Numbered from the stretch's first letter, positions 12,977-23,075 are shown. The stretch is DNA of 64,000 nt from Arsukibacterium sp. UBA3155 (GCF_002364615.1 NZ_DEYP01000026.1:54488-118487), one strand, 5' to 3'. The notes: generated by a model not told the origin, from the sequence alone. Program-made: numbers and translations.

Positions 12977-15067
12977 ATGTCAGAATCTATGTCGCAGCAG
13001 CAAACCGCAGCAGCAAGCAACAACCCGTTACTTACCTTCACGGATTTACCGCCATTTTCACAGATTAAACCTGAGCAGGTAAAACCGGCAGTAGAAGCCG
13101 CCATTGGTCAGGCGCGTCAGGCGGTGGAGCAGCTACTTGCTGCGGGTGACATCAGCTGGCAAACCCTGATTACCCAACTCGAGCATGACAGCGAACGGCT
13201 GGGTAAATTGTGGTCACCGGTATCGCATTTAAACTCAGTACTTAACAGCCCCGAGTTACGTGAGGCCTATGAAAGCTGCCTGCCGCTGTTATCGGAGTAC
13301 AGCACCTGGCTGGGCCAGCACGAGGGTTTGTATCAGGCGTATCAGACCTTAAGTTTAAGTGACGAGTTTGCCGAGTTAACTCAGGCGCAGCAGAAAGTTA
13401 TTACCAATGCATTGCGCGATTTTAAGCTGTCAGGCATTGGCCTGTCTGATGACAAGAAACAACGGTATGGCGACATTCAGAGTCGCTTGTCTGATTTAAG
13501 CTCGCAATTTTCCAATAACACCCTGGATGCTACCCAGGCCTGGTTTAAACATATTACCGACGAGGGCCTGCTCAGCGGCCTGCCAGAAGACGCCCGGCTT
13601 GCTGCGGCAGAAGAAGCGCAAAGCCGCGAGTTAAGCGGTTGGGTGTTTACGCTGGAGTTTCCCAGCTACATTGCAGTAATGACCTATTCCGATAATCGTG
13701 ACCTGCGACAAGAGCTTTACAGCGCCTATTGCACCCGGGCATCTGATCAGGGACCGCATGCTGGCCAGTTTGATAACAGTGAGGTCATTGAAGAAATTCT
13801 GGCCTTAAAACACGAATTGGCGCAGTTACTTGATTTTAGCAATGCGGCGCAGGAGTCGCTGGTGACTAAAATGGCAGACAGTCCGGCTCAGGTACTGGAT
13901 TTTCTGACCGATTTAGCCCACCGTGCCAAACCACAGGCAGAGCAGGATCTGGCTGAACTCAGTAAGTTTGCCCAGCAGCAATTTAACGCACCTGCGCTTG
14001 AAGCCTGGGATGTTACCTATTACAGCGAAAAGCTGAAACAAGCAAAATATGCGGTTTCGGATGAGCAATTGCGGCCCTATTTCCCGGAAACCAAAGTGGT
14101 GCCAGGGCTATTTAAGGTACTTAACCGACTGTTTGGTTTAACCGTGACCCAGCGCACTGACGTTGATGTCTGGCACCCTGATGTCCGGTTTTATGATATT
14201 ACCGATAGTCAGGGCGAGCTGCGCGGCAGTTTTTACCTGGATTTATATGCCCGCAGCCAAAAGCGTGGTGGTGCCTGGATGGACGATTGTCAGGGCCGGC
14301 GTATTTTGCCAGATGGCAGCATCCAACGCCCGGTAGCCTATTTAACCTGTAATTTTAATAAGCCGGTCGGTGGCAAGCCGGCGTTGTTTACCCACGATGA
14401 AGTGGTGACCTTGTTCCATGAGTTCGGCCATGGTTTACACCATATGCTGACCAAAGTTGATGCGGCCGCTGTTGCTGGCATTAATGGCGTTGCCTGGGAT
14501 GCGGTAGAATTACCCAGTCAATTTCTGGAGAACTGGTGCTGGGCACCAGAGGCCCTGGCAATTATCGCCGGCCATTATCAAACCGGCGAAGCATTACCTG
14601 ATGAAATGTTAAGGAAAATGCTGGCGGCGAAGAACTTTCAATCGGCCCTGTTTATAGTGCGGCAACTGGAGTTCGCGTTATTTGACATGCGCTTACACAG
14701 TGAATACAGCGGCACGGCCAATAGTAAAGACGGCAACGGTGTGCAGCAATTACTGGATGAGGTACGCAGCCAGGTGTCGGTAATTGTACCCCCCCGTTTT
14801 AACCGTTTTCAGCATGGTTTTGGCCATATTTTCGCTGGCGGTTATGGCGCTGGATATTACAGCTATTTATGGGCTGAAGTACTGTCATCAGATGCGTTCA
14901 GCCGGTTTGAAGCAGAAGGCGTATTTAATCCCCAAACCGGTCAGGATTTTTTAAAATGGGTGTTAGAGCGCGGCGGCAGTGCCGAACCGATGGAGCTATT
15001 TAAAGGTTTCCGTGGCCGTGAACCTTCTAACGAAGCTTTCCTGCGACATATGGGTATAGCAGGCTAA
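12977..15067 (+). CDS. prlC: Oligopeptidase A (M3)
   Basis: HEFGH zinc motif, ELPSQ, GYYSYLWAEV; near gor and rsmJ as in other gammaproteobacteria. Confidence 0.96.
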   Translation: MSESMSQQQTAAASNNPLLTFTDLPPFSQIKPEQVKPAVEAAIGQARQAVEQLLAAGDISWQTLITQLEHDSERLGKLWSPVSHLNSVLNSPELREAYESCLPLLSEYSTWLGQHEGLYQAYQTLSLSDEFAELTQAQQKVITNALRDFKLSGIGLSDDKKQRYGDIQSRLSDLSSQFSNNTLDATQAWFKHITDEGLLSGLPEDARLAAAEEAQSRELSGWVFTLEFPSYIAVMTYSDNRDLRQELYSAYCTRASDQGPHAGQFDNSEVIEEILALKHELAQLLDFSNAAQESLVTKMADSPAQVLDFLTDLAHRAKPQAEQDLAELSKFAQQQFNAPALEAWDVTYYSEKLKQAKYAVSDEQLRPYFPETKVVPGLFKVLNRLFGLTVTQRTDVDVWHPDVRFYDITDSQGELRGSFYLDLYARSQKRGGAWMDDCQGRRILPDGSIQRPVAYLTCNFNKPVGGKPALFTHDEVVTLFHEFGHGLHHMLTKVDAAAVAGINGVAWDAVELPSQFLENWCWAPEALAIIAGHYQTGEALPDEMLRKMLAAKNFQSALFIVRQLEFALFDMRLHSEYSGTANSKDGNGVQQLLDEVRSQVSVIVPPRFNRFQHGFGHIFAGGYGAGYYSYLWAEVLSSDAFSRFEAEGVFNPQTGQDFLKWVLERGGSAEPMELFKGFRGREPSNEAFLRHMGIAG

Positions 15068-15136
15068 GTTGTTAACAGGTAATTAATTGCTTATTCAGTT
15101 TTGCTCTGTCAGGATGAATCGAAAAGGGAGGTAATT

Positions 15137-15619
15137 ATGAAATATCAACTAGCGCTAATGGTGTTACTGCTGGGTGTCAGCGGCTGTCAGCAAGGTCAGG
15201 CGGCAAATACCGAACAACTGGCACCTGAGCCATTAGTGGAAGCCATCGATCCGCAGCAAGATCCGATTGCTGCGGTAAAAGCGAAGGAAAAACAAATGAC
15301 ATTAACAGCAGATCAGGACGTCGATGTCCTGCGGCGCCAGGCCTTAAGTGCTATTGGCGATGCCAGTGCCGATGATAACAACCAGTGCCGGATTGCCGGC
15401 TTTGGCCATAAACCTTGCGGTGGACCAGCCCAATATGTTGCGTACTCAACCAAAGGCGGCAATGAAGCCGAAATACTGAAAAAAATTGCCGCCTATAACG
15501 CGGCAGCTCAAGCTGAAAATATGCGACTGGGCCGGATGTCTGACTGCGCCGTAGTACCGAAGCCGGCAGTAGAGTTATCTGACGGCCAGTGCAAACTGGT
15601 AAAAAACAACAGTTATTAA
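15137..15619 (+). CDS. Hypothetical lipoprotein
   Basis: Lipobox LLGVSGC; four further Cys (GHKPCGGP...CAVV...C); ATG 15137 after a GGGAGG RBS. Confidence 0.75.
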   Translation: MKYQLALMVLLLGVSGCQQGQAANTEQLAPEPLVEAIDPQQDPIAAVKAKEKQMTLTADQDVDVLRRQALSAIGDASADDNNQCRIAGFGHKPCGGPAQYVAYSTKGGNEAEILKKIAAYNAAAQAENMRLGRMSDCAVVPKPAVELSDGQCKLVKNNSY

Positions 15620-15643
15620 GCAGTAGCAATCAACAAGGGCAGT

Positions 15644-16348
15644 ATGGCAGGCACAGTAGAAGATTTTGCAGCAATTTATCGCCGTGCTTGTGAGCGCAAA
15701 GGCGGTAAAGCGGCACTACAGGCATTAGTTAGTAAGCCGCTGGCACCGGCTAAACTGGCGACGGTAACCGATGACCTGTGGCTGGCTGAGCTGTCTAAAA
15801 AAGTATTTCAATCCGGTTTTGTCTGGCGGGTAGTCCGGCAGAAATGGCCGGGTTTTTGTGACATATTTTTCGATTTTAATGTTGAAAAGATCCTGCTACT
15901 CAGTGATGAAATGTTGGAACTAAAAGCGGCTGATCCGCGCATTATCCGTAATTTAAATAAGGTTTTCACCATTCGTGATAATGCACTGATGATCTACGAT
16001 GTTCAGCAGCACCACCCCAGCTTTGCCAGTTTTATCGCCGACTGGCCCAGCGACAACATTGTTGGGCTTTGGGCCTATTTAAAAAAACACGGAGCCCGGC
16101 TTGGCGGTAATACCGGGCCTTACGCGTTGCGTGCCATGGGCAAAGATACCTTTTTACTGACTCAGGATATTGAAGGCTACCTGCGCGCTTATGGCGTATT
16201 TGACGGTGGAATAAACAGTCAGCGCAGCTTAAAACAAATTCAGCAGCAATTTAACCTGTGGCAGCAACAATCAGGATTAAGTTTGCAGGAAATCAGCCAG
16301 ATAGTGGCATTTAGCTGTGGTGAGAACCATGCCGGGATGCAGCGCTGA
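15644..16348 (+). CDS. DNA-3-methyladenine glycosylase I-like protein
   Basis: FQSGFVWRVVRQKW, RIIRNLNK and RLGGNTG motifs of the Tag-like family. Confidence 0.8.
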   Translation: MAGTVEDFAAIYRRACERKGGKAALQALVSKPLAPAKLATVTDDLWLAELSKKVFQSGFVWRVVRQKWPGFCDIFFDFNVEKILLLSDEMLELKAADPRIIRNLNKVFTIRDNALMIYDVQQHHPSFASFIADWPSDNIVGLWAYLKKHGARLGGNTGPYALRAMGKDTFLLTQDIEGYLRAYGVFDGGINSQRSLKQIQQQFNLWQQQSGLSLQEISQIVAFSCGENHAGMQR

Positions 16349-17100
16349 TGTCCGCCATTTCGCTATTGCAAAGTGCTGAGTTAAGCACCGATTACCGCCA
16401 GCAACTTCAACAGCAATTCGGCTTGTGTATAACGACAGAGCCAGATGGCTGGTACCTGAGTATGCAACAAGGTGCTCTGGTGTTGCAAAACAGCCACTTA
16501 CCAAAGCAAGGCGCGATCCTGGTCGATTTTGCCAGTGGCGCCAGCAGTTACCGGCGCCAGCACGGTGGCGGTAAAAGCGAAGCCATTGCCAAAGCGGTGG
16601 GGCTGAATAAAAAAACGCAGTTAAGCGTGCTGGATGCAACCGCGGGCCTGGGCCGGGATGCCTTTGTGCTGGCCAGTCTTGGCGCATCAGTTACCCTGGT
16701 GGAGCGTAATCCTGCTGTTGCCGCGCTGTTGGCAGATGGCTTGCGCCGCGCAGTGGCTGATCCCATGTTAAGCAGCGTAGCCGGCCGCATGCAGCTGTGT
16801 CATTGTCCGGCAATGCAGGCGCTTAAAAATAGCGCTGCGGTAGATGTCGTGTTTCTGGACCCGATGTTTCCGGCAAGAGAGAAATCGGCTCAGGTTAAAA
16901 AAGAAATGCGCGCCTTTCACGATGTGGTTGGTAGTGATGACGATGCCGATAATTTACTGGCGCCGGCCTTGCAGCTGGCACAAAAACGGGTGGTGGTAAA
17001 GCGGCCGGGGTACGCAGGCTGGCTGGCAGATAAAGCGCCCACTATGGCCGTTACCGGCAAAAACAACCGTTTCGATGTGTATGTAAATGCTGCCATATAG
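16348..17100 (+). CDS. rsmJ: 16S rRNA m2G1516 methyltransferase
   Basis: LDATAGLGRDAFVLASLG, LDPMFP, KRVVVKRP, RFDVY; TGATG overlap with the upstream gene. Confidence 0.93.
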   Translation: MSAISLLQSAELSTDYRQQLQQQFGLCITTEPDGWYLSMQQGALVLQNSHLPKQGAILVDFASGASSYRRQHGGGKSEAIAKAVGLNKKTQLSVLDATAGLGRDAFVLASLGASVTLVERNPAVAALLADGLRRAVADPMLSSVAGRMQLCHCPAMQALKNSAAVDVVFLDPMFPAREKSAQVKKEMRAFHDVVGSDDDADNLLAPALQLAQKRVVVKRPGYAGWLADKAPTMAVTGKNNRFDVYVNAAI

Positions 17101-17145
17101 CAGCGTAAAAGAATCAATAACTGCAAAAACACAGGGGAAATACCA

Positions 17146-17619
17146 ATGATTAAAACCGGCGACAAATTACCAGAAGTCAGTTTTTCACAACTGACCAAAG
17201 AAGGCGTAATGAACCCGACCACCAGCCAGATATTCGCGAATAAAAAGGTACTGATGTTTGCCGTACCAGGAGCGTTTACGCCTACCTGCTCTGCTGCCCA
17301 TTTGCCTGGTTATATTGCCCTGGCCGATCAAATTAAAGCCAAAGGCGTGGATACCATTATTTGTACCGCGGTAAACGATGCCTTTGTGATGAGTGCCTGG
17401 GGTAAAAGCCAGAATGCTGAGGAAATTGTGTTTTTAGCCGATGGCGGCGCGGCGTTTCATACTGCTGTTGGCCTGACCATGGAAACCGGCGATTTCGGTG
17501 GTGTGCGCTCGCAGCGCTACGCCATGCTGGTGGAAAATGGTGTGGTAACCCAACTGAACGTAGAAGCGCCGAAAACCTTTGAAGTCAGCAAAGCTGAAGT
17601 GATGTTAGCGGGGCTTTGA
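17146..17619 (+). CDS. Peroxiredoxin (Prx5/AHP1 type)
   Basis: VPGAFTPTCS peroxidatic motif, VNDAFVM, RSQRYAM. Confidence 0.95.
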   Translation: MIKTGDKLPEVSFSQLTKEGVMNPTTSQIFANKKVLMFAVPGAFTPTCSAAHLPGYIALADQIKAKGVDTIICTAVNDAFVMSAWGKSQNAEEIVFLADGGAAFHTAVGLTMETGDFGGVRSQRYAMLVENGVVTQLNVEAPKTFEVSKAEVMLAGL

Positions 17620-17643
17620 ACGTAGCTAATCATAGTTGAACTT

Positions 17644-17690
17644 TAATTTATAAGGCTGAGAATGTTTGTATCTGTCAGCCTTATAAATTA
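17644..17690. terminator. 16-bp perfect inverted repeat between the peroxiredoxin gene and the convergent cargo gene
   Basis: TAATTTATAAGGCTGA ... TCAGCCTTATAAATTA. Confidence 0.7.
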
Positions 17691-17717
17691 GTCTGCAAAA
17701 CTAAACCAGTAGTTTTG

Positions 17718-18209
17718 CTAATTATAAACACTGTAGCAATATCCTCCATGTTCATGAGCTTTTTTAGGGCCAACATAAACAAATTCACCACTTTGAGTTT
17801 CAGAGTCAAATTGAGGATAATAATTTTGTTTTCTACTGTAAGAATAATGTCCTGTGCCATATTGTAAATTTGCCCACGAGCAATCACGCGACATGGTGGG
17901 GTACGCTCGACCTCTGGAGACACAAAACCCGCCATGTCGGCGTGCATCCCAAGGACCAACATAGATCATATCCATCGCGGCACAAGATTGCTTATCCAAC
18001 GTATAAATAGCATCTAAGATAGGCATTAAAAACTGCGTGGGATTAATACATGATCCGCCATGCTCATGCGCTTTGTTCGGCCCCAGGTATAAACTTTCGG
18101 GTGGGCAGTTCCTTGATAAGGTATCCATTGAACTGGTTATACCCTGTGCATCTATATTAATGGAAGCAAAAAATACACATGTTAGGATTATCCTGTAAAT
18201 ATATTTCAC
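17718..18209 (-). CDS. Secreted hypothetical protein with three C...YxGPxxAxxHGGxC repeats
   Basis: Signal peptide, GTG start, AT-rich DNA; three internal repeats visible in the translation. Confidence 0.75.
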   Translation of the reverse strand: MKYIYRIILTCVFFASINIDAQGITSSMDTLSRNCPPESLYLGPNKAHEHGGSCINPTQFLMPILDAIYTLDKQSCAAMDMIYVGPWDARRHGGFCVSRGRAYPTMSRDCSWANLQYGTGHYSYSRKQNYYPQFDSETQSGEFVYVGPKKAHEHGGYCYSVYN

Positions 18210-18472
18210 CTAAATTCGCCTTATTTAAATTTTGATCTGGTTTTGTATATTACATGTAAATTCTGTGATTGGAAATTGATTTTATTGGTTTATTTAAAAG
18301 TTTTTTCTTAGAATTTTTAGATGCTTAACAGTATCACATAGTGACTGTCTTATTAAATATTGAGACTCGCTTAGGGTTTCTGCCCCAAGTACGAAATGAG
18401 TTCGGTGATCTAACGCGGACGTCGATACGCATCTTATTGCATGCTTACTCAGATAAAAGCGACATCTTACTT

Positions 18473-18631
18473 ACAGCTGTTGGCCTGAGCATGGAAACCG
18501 GCGATTTTGGCGGTGTGCGCTCGCAGCGGTACGCCATGCTGGTTGAAAATGGTGTGGTAACCCAACTGAACGTAGAAGCGCCGAAAACCTTTGAAGTCAG
18601 TAAAGCCGAAGTGATGCTGGAAGGATTGTAA
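18473..18631 (+). pseudogene. Second, 5'-less copy of the last 53 codons of the peroxiredoxin gene
   Basis: Aligns without gaps to 17461-17619; 16 mismatches in 159 bp by my count, only 2 amino acid changes (T>S, A>E). The sequence upstream in ORF 18341 is unrelated to Prx. Confidence 0.93.
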
Positions 18632-18698
18632 CAACCCGGCTAGTTGACCTCCGTATCGAGGTCATCTGGCCAGTTAAGGTGTCGGTCACCCGATTGGC

Positions 18699-19829
18699 TT
18701 AACAATGTTTACCATGGTGACCGGAGATAACGTTTTGGTATATATCTTCCAGTTTTTGACATTGCCGCCGGATATTAAAGTTTTGATTTACGTGGGTAAT
18801 ACCTGCTTGCGACAGCTGGGTGCGCAGCGCTGTTGATTGCAATACTGTCAATAAATTCTCTGCCAGTTGCGCGACATTTTTTTGCTCAGACAGTAATCCG
18901 GTTTTTTCCTGAACTACCCCTTCACCAACGCCGCCGGTATCGAATGCGACCACCGGTGTGCCAACAGCCTGAGATTCTACACATACCGTGGGCATGCCTT
19001 CTTCGTTTCCTCTGTCCATCACAATACTGGGCAGACAGGTTACCCATGCTTTTGACATCAGCTCTTTTACCTGCACTCTGTTTTGCGCGCCAGCAAAAGT
19101 AACATTGGTGACTTCATTCGCGAGTAGTTGCAGCTTGTCCTGATAGGAGCCATATCCTGCGATAATCAATTGGGCGTCGGGTAGCCGCTGATTAATAGTT
19201 TTCATCGCTTGTAACAAATACTGACAACCTTTTTGCTCTATTAGTCTGCCAACAAATAATATTGTTGGTTGTTCAAATCTCTGTGCTGCCGGAGCAAAAA
19301 ACTGGTTATCAATGCCAATATAATGCTGAATAATTTTATCTTCCGGACAGCCTCGGCTAAGTAATTTTCTTTTTATAAATTGTGATACTGCTATTATTTT
19401 TGCGGATTGTGCGAAGGTAATATGACGATGTTTACTGTTGAACGAAAATTTGTCTTTTTGAGTAACATCTGAGCCATGAAAAGTGGTAACCAGAGGCAGC
19501 TCGAGCTTTTTTGCAATGGGCGCGCAATAATAGCCGCCTTTACCAAAATGCGCGTGAATCACATCGGCGTGATTGGCAGCCAATGCCTTTTGCCATCTGG
19601 GTGTCAGTATCTGACAACTATCAAGTAACAGTCTGGATAGCACGGCCATGGGTTCTACATCCGCTTGCACGCAAGTCGCTTTACCCTCAATTAAATTAAT
19701 CCCCCCGCTATCGTTTCGAAGACCAATGTAAGTTGGTGAGAAACTGGGCAGGTTGTTGCCCTGTGCTGCAACAAAGGTGTTTGACCTTGGCAGCACGCGT
19801 TTGGTAAAAATAAGTACTTTTGATGGCAT
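18699..19829 (-). CDS. Glycosyltransferase family 4 (GT-B)
   Basis: DVIHAHF, TTFHGSD, ILFVGRL and EEGMPTVCVES (EX7E-like) motifs. Confidence 0.88.
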   Translation of the reverse strand: MPSKVLIFTKRVLPRSNTFVAAQGNNLPSFSPTYIGLRNDSGGINLIEGKATCVQADVEPMAVLSRLLLDSCQILTPRWQKALAANHADVIHAHFGKGGYYCAPIAKKLELPLVTTFHGSDVTQKDKFSFNSKHRHITFAQSAKIIAVSQFIKRKLLSRGCPEDKIIQHYIGIDNQFFAPAAQRFEQPTILFVGRLIEQKGCQYLLQAMKTINQRLPDAQLIIAGYGSYQDKLQLLANEVTNVTFAGAQNRVQVKELMSKAWVTCLPSIVMDRGNEEGMPTVCVESQAVGTPVVAFDTGGVGEGVVQEKTGLLSEQKNVAQLAENLLTVLQSTALRTQLSQAGITHVNQNFNIRRQCQKLEDIYQNVISGHHGKHC

Positions 19830-19838
19830 ATTACGTAA

Positions 19839-20765
19839 TTACTTATTAATAAGTGCCGATTTAATCCGGCGAATGGTTTTACGAATAACGGACACCTTAC
19901 TATCTTCCTTGTAACGGCCTTTTTCAGCATGGCGGATAAGCAGTAAGTTTGGCAGCGCTATCGGCACACCCTGGGTACCCAATAACCAGCGTACTGCCCG
20001 ATCTTCATAGGTTTTGGTCCAGTGGTACTTTGGTTTCTGGTATACCGCTAAATCGTCACAATAACCGCAGTTGCGCGCCACTTCGCCGTGAATAATCTGA
20101 ATAGCGCCGGTGGCCCGGTCAAATTTACGCGGTTTGAACTTGGTTTTATCCACTTCCAGCAATTCGGTTTTGTCTTTGCCGGCAGAGATCATCGGGTCGG
20201 CTTCCGTCAGCAGTGGGGTGACCAGCAGGGTATCGGGAAATAACAGAATTTCCTGCCGACCTTTAAGTAGCTGCTCCAGGGTGTCCAGACAGTTTTCATG
20301 AAATACCATATCGCAATCGGCAAACCACACCCAGTCAGCTTTAGTCTCTTTTGCCGCGCGGTTGCGGCCAATGGCCCGTCGCAGCAACAAGGGTGTTGCT
20401 AAAGGCTGAAAATTCCACTCGATATTAGGTACTGACAGCGTTTGAAAATGCTCCAGTAGTTTTGCAGTTGCCTGGTCTTCTTCAGAATAGAACACGGTAA
20501 AGCGCACCTGCATTGTCGTTGGTGGATACTTCACCAAGGAGCTTAACTGATAGACAAAAAAGCGGGCGTAGTTCCAGCAATGGGTAACAATTTCCAGCTT
20601 TATATTGTCGTGCACAACTGGCAAATCGGTTTTAACGGGTTGGTTTTTAATAAAGGCTGTGGCCGGAAAGTAGCCAGAGGCGGCGAAGCGCAATAACAGT
20701 TCTTTGACGTTATCCAGTGCGCTGGCTTTTGCTGGCAGGTTATTTTCTGGTTTGGCTGCGGTCAT
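19839..20765 (-). CDS. GT-A fold (family 2-like) glycosyltransferase
   Basis: GRNRAA followed by the WVWFADCD DXD motif; in the LPS cluster next to waaA. Confidence 0.75.
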   Translation of the reverse strand: MTAAKPENNLPAKASALDNVKELLLRFAASGYFPATAFIKNQPVKTDLPVVHDNIKLEIVTHCWNYARFFVYQLSSLVKYPPTTMQVRFTVFYSEEDQATAKLLEHFQTLSVPNIEWNFQPLATPLLLRRAIGRNRAAKETKADWVWFADCDMVFHENCLDTLEQLLKGRQEILLFPDTLLVTPLLTEADPMISAGKDKTELLEVDKTKFKPRKFDRATGAIQIIHGEVARNCGYCDDLAVYQKPKYHWTKTYEDRAVRWLLGTQGVPIALPNLLLIRHAEKGRYKEDSKVSVIRKTIRRIKSALINK

Positions 20766-20932
20766 GCATAACTCCGGCGTTACGGTTAGCGGGTTAAACC
20801 GGCTATAAAGGCAAAAAGTTTAGCATTAAAGGTTGGGTCAAAACAGATTCTTTTGGTGTAGCAGGCTTATATTTGGCATCATAGCGGCTTTAGCCTGTAG
20901 GGGCGACATTTGCGTTTACACAGGAAGTTATT

Positions 20933-22960
20933 ATGGCCAAGGCGTTAAGCCGCTGTGCTTACCAGCTGTTATTGTATCTGGGTTTGCTGCCATTGCTGGG
21001 CTATCTGCTCTGGCGTTCAGTGCGCGATGTGCGCTATCGCCAGCGACTGGCCGAGCGCTTTGGCTGGCTTTCTGCCCAAATTCAGGCCGGCGGTATTGTG
21101 GTGCATGCGGTATCGGTTGGCGAGGTTATCGCTGCGCTACCGTTAATTAAGCAGTTGCAACAGCAATATCCGAACCAGCAGCTTACGGTTACTTGCACCA
21201 CCCCTACCGCTAGCGCAATTATCAAAAGCCGGCTGGGTGATTCTGTTCAACACTGTTATTTACCCTTCGATTACCCCGGCGCCATAGCCCGGTTTATTAA
21301 ACACTTGCAGCCGCAGCTTGTTGTTATTCTGGAAACGGAGCTTTGGCCCAATTTACTTAGGCAATGCTACAAAGCGCTGATCCCTACCGTACTGGTTAAT
21401 GCCCGTTTATCAGCGCGTTCCGCCAGGGGCTATCGGCGCTTTGCCTGGCTTACCCTCCCTGCATTGCAGCAGATAAGCTTATTACTGGCACAGGATAGCG
21501 CCAGTGCCGGTCGGTTCCGGGCATTAGGCCATAGTAACGTACAGGTAACGGGCAATTTAAAATTTGAGATGCGCTTGCCGGATAACCTGGCAGCCACCAG
21601 TAGCCAGCTATCACCCGCATTAACCGACCGGCTGGTTTGGGTAGCGGGCAGCACCCACGAAGGCGAAGATGAGCAGCTAATAGCCTTATACCCTCAGCTT
21701 AAAAAACAATTTAGTAATTTATTGCTGGTACTGGTACCGCGCCACCCGGAGCGTTTTAATAAGGTGGCCACTCTGGCTACTCAGGCCGGGCTGCAGTTAT
21801 GGCGGCGAAGCGCCGGCGGTGCGCCAACGGCTTACACTGATGTGGCACTGATTGACAGCATGGGTGAGTTACTAGCCTGGTACCAGCAAGCCAGCCTGGT
21901 ATTTATTGGCGGCAGTTTAATTAAACGGGGCGGCCACAACCCGTTAGAGGCAATATGTTTTGCTAAAGCGGTACAAACCGGGCCGCATTATTTTAATTTT
22001 GCCGATGCTTATAACCAGCTGGCTCAACGACACGCCGTTAGCATCATCCAAAATGCTGAACAGTTAGCTGCCAATGCCGCTGCGCTGCTGGCTGATACCG
22101 TTATGCGCCAGCAGCAAGGCGAGCGGGCTTACCAGTTTTTCCAGTCACAGCAAGGCGCAGTAAAGCGCAGCAGTATGGCCATCGCCGACCTGTGTGGGGA
22201 TAGCCTTAGCAACGTGCAGCGCCAGACTGCCGGCAACGAATTATATTGGTTTCGCACCGATCTGTTCGACAACATAAGCGCTGCGCAGTTTGACCCTACC
22301 TGGTGGCAGCAACAGCAGGCGGTAACCGGCAGCTCGACCGGCCGCAACACGGCGTGGTTTATCAGACATACTCACCAGGAGCGCCAGCATCAGCTGGTAT
22401 TGCGCCATTATTATCGCGGTGGCCTGGCAGGCAAAATTAACAAAGACCGGTTCTTCTACCAAAGTGCCTTGTATAGTCGTGCTATGCAGGAATTCAGCTT
22501 GCTGCAATGGATGCGTCAGCAAGGGTTAGCCGTACCAAAACCGGTTGCGGCCCGCTATCTGCGTACCGGCGTAAGCTACCAGGCAGACTTACTGATAGAG
22601 CGGATAAGTGACGCCCGCGATCTGGCGACTATATTACATCGTGACCGTGCCCTTACTGATAGTGAATGGCAGGCGGTTGGCACCACCATCGCCCGTCTGC
22701 ATCAAGCGGGGGTAGACCATACCGATCTCAACTGCCGTAATATTTTGCTTGATAACGACGGTAAGGTATGGCTAATTGATTTTGATAAATGCCGGCGTCG
22801 GCAGCCGGGCAATTGGCAGCAACAAAATCTGCAACGGTTATTGCGATCCTTGCATAAAGAGCGCGCAAACCTGACGCCTTTTCACTGGCAGGAGCTTGCC
22901 TGGAAAAATGTTATTAATGCTTACCAGCAACAGAAAAAGCCGTTAAACCCGCATAAATAG
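20933..22960 (+). CDS. waaA: Fusion of Kdo transferase (WaaA/KdtA) and Kdo kinase (KdkA)
   Basis: N-terminal ~420 aa: HAVSVGE, ETELWPN, GSTHEGE, VPRHPERF, GGHNPLE. C-terminal ~245 aa: LRHYYRGG, HTDLNCRNIL, LIDFDK, NLQRLLRSL. One uninterrupted 675-aa ORF. Confidence 0.92.
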   Translation: MAKALSRCAYQLLLYLGLLPLLGYLLWRSVRDVRYRQRLAERFGWLSAQIQAGGIVVHAVSVGEVIAALPLIKQLQQQYPNQQLTVTCTTPTASAIIKSRLGDSVQHCYLPFDYPGAIARFIKHLQPQLVVILETELWPNLLRQCYKALIPTVLVNARLSARSARGYRRFAWLTLPALQQISLLLAQDSASAGRFRALGHSNVQVTGNLKFEMRLPDNLAATSSQLSPALTDRLVWVAGSTHEGEDEQLIALYPQLKKQFSNLLLVLVPRHPERFNKVATLATQAGLQLWRRSAGGAPTAYTDVALIDSMGELLAWYQQASLVFIGGSLIKRGGHNPLEAICFAKAVQTGPHYFNFADAYNQLAQRHAVSIIQNAEQLAANAAALLADTVMRQQQGERAYQFFQSQQGAVKRSSMAIADLCGDSLSNVQRQTAGNELYWFRTDLFDNISAAQFDPTWWQQQQAVTGSSTGRNTAWFIRHTHQERQHQLVLRHYYRGGLAGKINKDRFFYQSALYSRAMQEFSLLQWMRQQGLAVPKPVAARYLRTGVSYQADLLIERISDARDLATILHRDRALTDSEWQAVGTTIARLHQAGVDHTDLNCRNILLDNDGKVWLIDFDKCRRRQPGNWQQQNLQRLLRSLHKERANLTPFHWQELAWKNVINAYQQQKKPLNPHK

Positions 22961-23075
22961 CGCTTTGTCGCAGTTTTTGCCTGTGGTTTTACCATTATTT
23001 AACGCTTATATAATGGATTAAGCTGTTGGTGTCTTAGTTGAACTTTGGTATAACTATGGCAGCGGAGGGGCATCT

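Noticed and set aside
18341-18472. 96-aa ORF that looks like a second peroxiredoxin with a novel N-terminus
   Set aside because: It lacks the catalytic PGAFTPTC region; the first 44 codons are unrelated sequence that happens to be in frame with the tail copy.
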